A stretch of DNA of 64,000 nucleotides, taken from the NCBI GenBank assembly GCA_032718475.1, contig JAUCBJ010006774.1, positions 1-64,000 of the forward strand, read 5' to 3'. Below are positions 60,210 through 64,000 of the stretch, piece after piece; position 1 is the stretch's first letter; every line of letters begins with the position of its first letter. The notes beneath the pieces were generated by a model, which saw only the letters and a list, made by a program, of their open reading frames with translations, was not told where the DNA came from and made no database searches. The stretch is from Nemertoderma westbladi (lineage: Eukaryota; Animalia; Xenacoelomorpha). The translations under genes and the position numbers were made by a program.

Positions 60210-60911
60210 GCGGACGAAGCGGGACACGAGTCGGACCGACAACGCGTCCTCATGCAGATCGTCCAGGAGTTGTGTAAACGTCCGGGACTCAACAAGGCGG
60301 GGTTCGATATGCCGACAATCTACGTGCCGGGCCCGCAGAGCAAACCGTCCCGCTGCGTCAACCAGATCGAGGAGATCTGTAAGGATATAGAAAGAACCAT
60401 CAACCACACCGTGCAGAACACATTGAACTCCTTGGAGAAGGATTGCGAACACATAAGTTCGGAGGTAGACGAACGACTGTATTCGGATCGGCTCAACTCT
60501 TCCTACAACCTCCGATCTCGCGTTAAATCCTTCTCCTTCCTCTCTATTGGTTTACTCCTACCGATTATCCTATTGTTTAACTTTTTCGCGTCGTCCGTTA
60601 CCATGGATACACTGCGTTCGGCTGTGGGACCGACTGGCGCCGAGGCGATCCACGCCTACCTGGTACCAGTACGCGAGTTGTGGGACTCAGTCCCGCCAGG
60701 GTACCACGTCTACGTTACGGGGGCGACCGTGGCTCTCGCCTTGGTCGCTCTGCTGCTCGCCAGACTGGCGTCCCGGACCCGATCGACTCTTAGTCGGAAA
60801 CAGAAGCGCTCGTTGCTAGAGAAACGGGAGTACGTTGGGACCACGATTCGGAACCAAAAGGAGTCTCTATACAGCGAGTATTTAAACCAAAGTATAGGAG
60901 ATCAGATATGA
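60210..60911 (+). CDS. EHD-like NTPase coding exon 5 (helical region, two hydrophobic segments, basic tail)
   Basis: tctctcccgacag|; ADEAGHESDRQRVLMQIVQELCKRPGLN... completes the G4-like YLSKAD. Hydrophobic FSFLSIGLLLPIILLFNFFA and VYVTGATVALALVALLLA; TGA at 60909-60911. The five exons sum to 1347 nt (448 aa). Confidence 0.92.
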   Translation, partial: ADEAGHESDRQRVLMQIVQELCKRPGLNKAGFDMPTIYVPGPQSKPSRCVNQIEEICKDIERTINHTVQNTLNSLEKDCEHISSEVDERLYSDRLNSSYNLRSRVKSFSFLSIGLLLPIILLFNFFASSVTMDTLRSAVGPTGAEAIHAYLVPVRELWDSVPPGYHVYVTGATVALALVALLLARLASRTRSTLSRKQKRSLLEKREYVGTTIRNQKESLYSEYLNQSIGDQI

Positions 60912-60968
60912 TCAGGTCGTATAGGAGATCAGATATGATCAGGTCGTATAGGAGATCAGATATGATCA
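60892..60968. repeat. 27-bp triplication spanning the stop codon
   Basis: gtataggagatcagatatgatcaggtc at 60892, 60919 and 60946 (last copy partial). Confidence 0.9.
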
Positions 60969-61456
60969 TTTAATATTAGATTTTATCATTTAGTGAGTTT
61001 TTCGGTTGTGGATATCTGATATATATTTTTGGTAATCAATAACATTCATTAATGACACTAAACTATCGCAGTTTATTTATTTATTTAACGACGGTGTGAG
61101 ACCATTGAACCCATCTGTCCGACAATGTCACGATATATATTTTTATTTTCTAAGGCCACTTTAACATGTTCGGCTACATATTCTTGTCATATTCAGTAAC
61201 TTTTCGTTTTCTGATTTATTAGTAATTAATATTTGATTTGTTGATTGGATTCCATTTATAATTATTAATTAGCAAACTTTCTATAAAATTTCAATATTTT
61301 TTGGATTTAATATATTTTGTGCTTCTTAATTTGCCAGTTTACGTCGCCTGAAAGCCGCCATAATACTTCTAATTGTTTTTTTTTGATCAGCATTTTTTTA
61401 TAGAATTTCAAACCAGGTGGAGATTACTTGAAACTAAAAGGAACAACAACCCGTTA

Positions 61457-62420
61457 CTTCAGCCGCAGTAAGGTAGGTTATTGAATCATTGTGGCGGCTT
61501 CAGCCGCAGTAAGGTAGGTTATTGAATCATTGTGGCGGCTTCAGCCGCAGTAAGGTAGGTAATTGAGTCATTATGGCGGCTTCAGCCGCAGTAAGGTAGG
61601 TGATTGAGTCATTATGGCGGCTTCAGCCGCAGTAAGGTAGGTTATTGAGTCATTATGGCGGCTTCAGCCGCAATAAGGTAGGTGATTGAGTCATTATGGC
61701 GGCTTCAGCCGCAGTAAGGTAGGTGATTGAGTCATTATGGCGGCTTCAGCCGCAGTAAGGTAGGTTATTGAGTCATTATGGCGGCTTCAGCCGCAATAAG
61801 GTAGGTGATTGAGTCATTATGGCGGCTTCAGCCGCAATAAGGTAGGTGATTGAGTCATTATGGCGGCTTCAGCCGCAGTAAGGTAGGTTATTGAGTCATT
61901 ATGGCGGCTTCAGCCGCAGTAAGGTAGGTTATTGAGTCATTATGGCGGCTTCAGCCGCAGTAAGGTAGGTTATTGAATCATTATGGCGGCTTCAGCCGCA
62001 GTAAGGTAGGTTATTGAATCATTATGGCGGCTTCAGCCGCAGTAAGGTAGGTTATTGAATCATCATGGCGGCTTCAGCCGCAGTAAGGTGGGTAATTGAA
62101 TCATTATGGCGGCTTCAGCCGCAGTAAGGTAGGTTATTGAATCATTATGGCGGCTTCAGCCGCAGTAAGGTAGGTTATTGAATCATTATGGCGGCTTCAG
62201 CCGCAGTAAGGTAGGTTATTGAATCATTATGGCGGCTTCAGCCGCAGTAAGGTAGGTTATTGAATCATTATGGCGGTTTCAGCCGCAGTAAGGTAGGTTA
62301 TTGAATCATTATGGCGGCTTCAGCCGCATTAAGGTAGGTGATTGAGTCATTATGGCGGCTTCAGCCGCAGTAAGGTAGGTTATTGAATCATTATGGCGGC
62401 TTCAGCCGCAGTAAGGTAGG
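61457..62420. repeat. 41-bp minisatellite (CTTCAGCCGCAGTAAGGTAGGTTATTGAATCATTATGGCGG)n, about 23 units
   Basis: Seen directly. Confidence 0.96.
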
Positions 62421-62956
62421 CTTATATTTTACATAGTGACATTATGACGTTGTTTATGAAAATATTTGTTGGAAATCGATATGATTTTAGGAGTTATTGG
62501 CGCAAAATGACCGCAAATACCAACGAGGTATTTAATTTAATTTAATTTAACTATTATGGAAAAGGAGCAGGTTACTGAAACAATAAACGAAACTTTATTT
62601 TTTATGCGACCAATTGGCGCTGCAGTATACACATTCTTCACTTGCGGTCAATCTGCGCCACTATCTGCTTTTTGTTGTTTACGATTGTGCTTCCAGTCCC
62701 ATGCAGTTTTCCTATATATCCTGTTTGAATTAACCCCATATTGATGAATTGTTTGTTTGTACGTTGTTTTACTACCGTATGTTGTACCGTATGTACCGAC
62801 AATGTGTGTTATTGTTGGAATAATTTAGTTAAACTCGAGCCGTGTGAGCTTGAAAATCGATTCTTCTAACATTATTGTCGCTTTTTGGATCCATAGCTAT
62901 GGCTAATCTCAATGTTATTTACTAAACCCAAAGTTAGTTCAACAGTCTCCAGATAG

Positions 62957-63095
62957 GGGGCGTTATACATAAAGGGGCAGTGCACAAATGATGTCACACC
63001 TTTTTTTGACGATTTTCGACACCCCCTCCCCCCACTACTGTCACAATCTGTCACGAATTTAGTACCCCCCATCCCCCCTTGAACGTCACATCACA
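62957..63095. mobile_element. Solo terminus related to the MITE at 13719-14825
   Basis: GGGGCAGTGCACAAATGATGTCACACC...CCCCTCCCCC..TGTCACAA resembles the reverse complement of 14720-14825; the other end was not found. Confidence 0.45.
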
Positions 63096-64000
63096 AAAAA
63101 TACATAGTTAGCAAGTCGTTAGACTTGATTACTGTAATGTAAGAAAAAAAAGCTACTGACTAGACTACTACTAACGATTTTGATAAGCATATAAGTATAT
63201 TACTTGCCAAGTTTAGTAAGGTTGTGTTTACTCAGTCACGCTATCCCAGCCAGTAAGCAAACATCAACTGTTACCCAGCTGATAGCTCTTCCAGGTGAAT
63301 CCTATAGAATATCTACAAGGTTACTCACTGTGCTGTGTTGTGTGGCAGGCCAGCTGATTAAATTTTAGTTAAACAGAGTACATCTATTGACTATCTGGGC
63401 TAAGTGTACTGAAATGTACTTATAATAATATAATTGTTGTATTTAATTAATATCGTGGTTACATTGAACAGTGTAAATTGTTAATCGCGGTTTACATTGA
63501 AACATCTCAACTTGTTTTATTTATTACAAAAATAAGAATGAATTTGTCTTATCACTTCTTGTGCGCGATTGTATTGAATTCATGACAACTGCCGTTATTA
63601 TTATTAATCAATTGACACCTCGACTCCTCTCTGAGACTCCGACTACTCTATCCGATAGAATAAAATAATCATTTCGCTAACTGCTCTCTATCTTCTATAA
63701 TCACAACAGCTTTTATAATTCATTAGATAATTACAACATAATAATTATAGTTTGAAGTTGTCTAGAAAATTTTTCGTACACCACCGGGACTACCCTCACA
63801 CTAATTTATTATCAGACCGAACAAAAAGCTTTTACTTTACTCGTCTCCTACGACTTGCTTCACGGGCCGCTAGCCCCGAATCTAGTTAATACAAATTGTT
63901 AAATTTGAAATTATTATGTTATTAAAACTAAATGTTAATTCCTCTTGCTAGAATTAACACTTCATCCCCTCGATTCGCGATTACTTCAATAGATTTCACT

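Overview
Repeat-rich eukaryotic (animal, probably invertebrate) genomic DNA with spliceosomal introns. Three host genes: (1) NAA30/MAK3 N-terminal acetyltransferase with an intronless CDS (minus, 25997-26962); (2) head-to-head with it, a five-exon gene (plus, 28755-60911, 448 aa) for an EHD/sarcalumenin-like dynamin-superfamily P-loop NTPase with two C-terminal hydrophobic helices and no EH domain; (3) a two-exon BTB-BACK-Kelch gene nested antisense in intron 3 of gene 2. The rest is transposons and minisatellites: a BEL/Pao gag ORF running off the left edge (not in the ORF track), CR1/L2-like and RTE LINE relics, a young intact Ty3/Gypsy (Mag-like) LTR element, several TIR elements with clear TSDs including a 2.46-kb foldback, and minisatellites of 33, 22, 21, 40, 20 and 41 bp. 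Most striking: the 22-bp intronic satellite parses as a 14-bp collapsed hAT element plus an 8-bp TSD-sized spacer, and a 1.58-kb element with the same TIR tip is inserted inside it. All family assignments come from motif recognition; no database searches were run.
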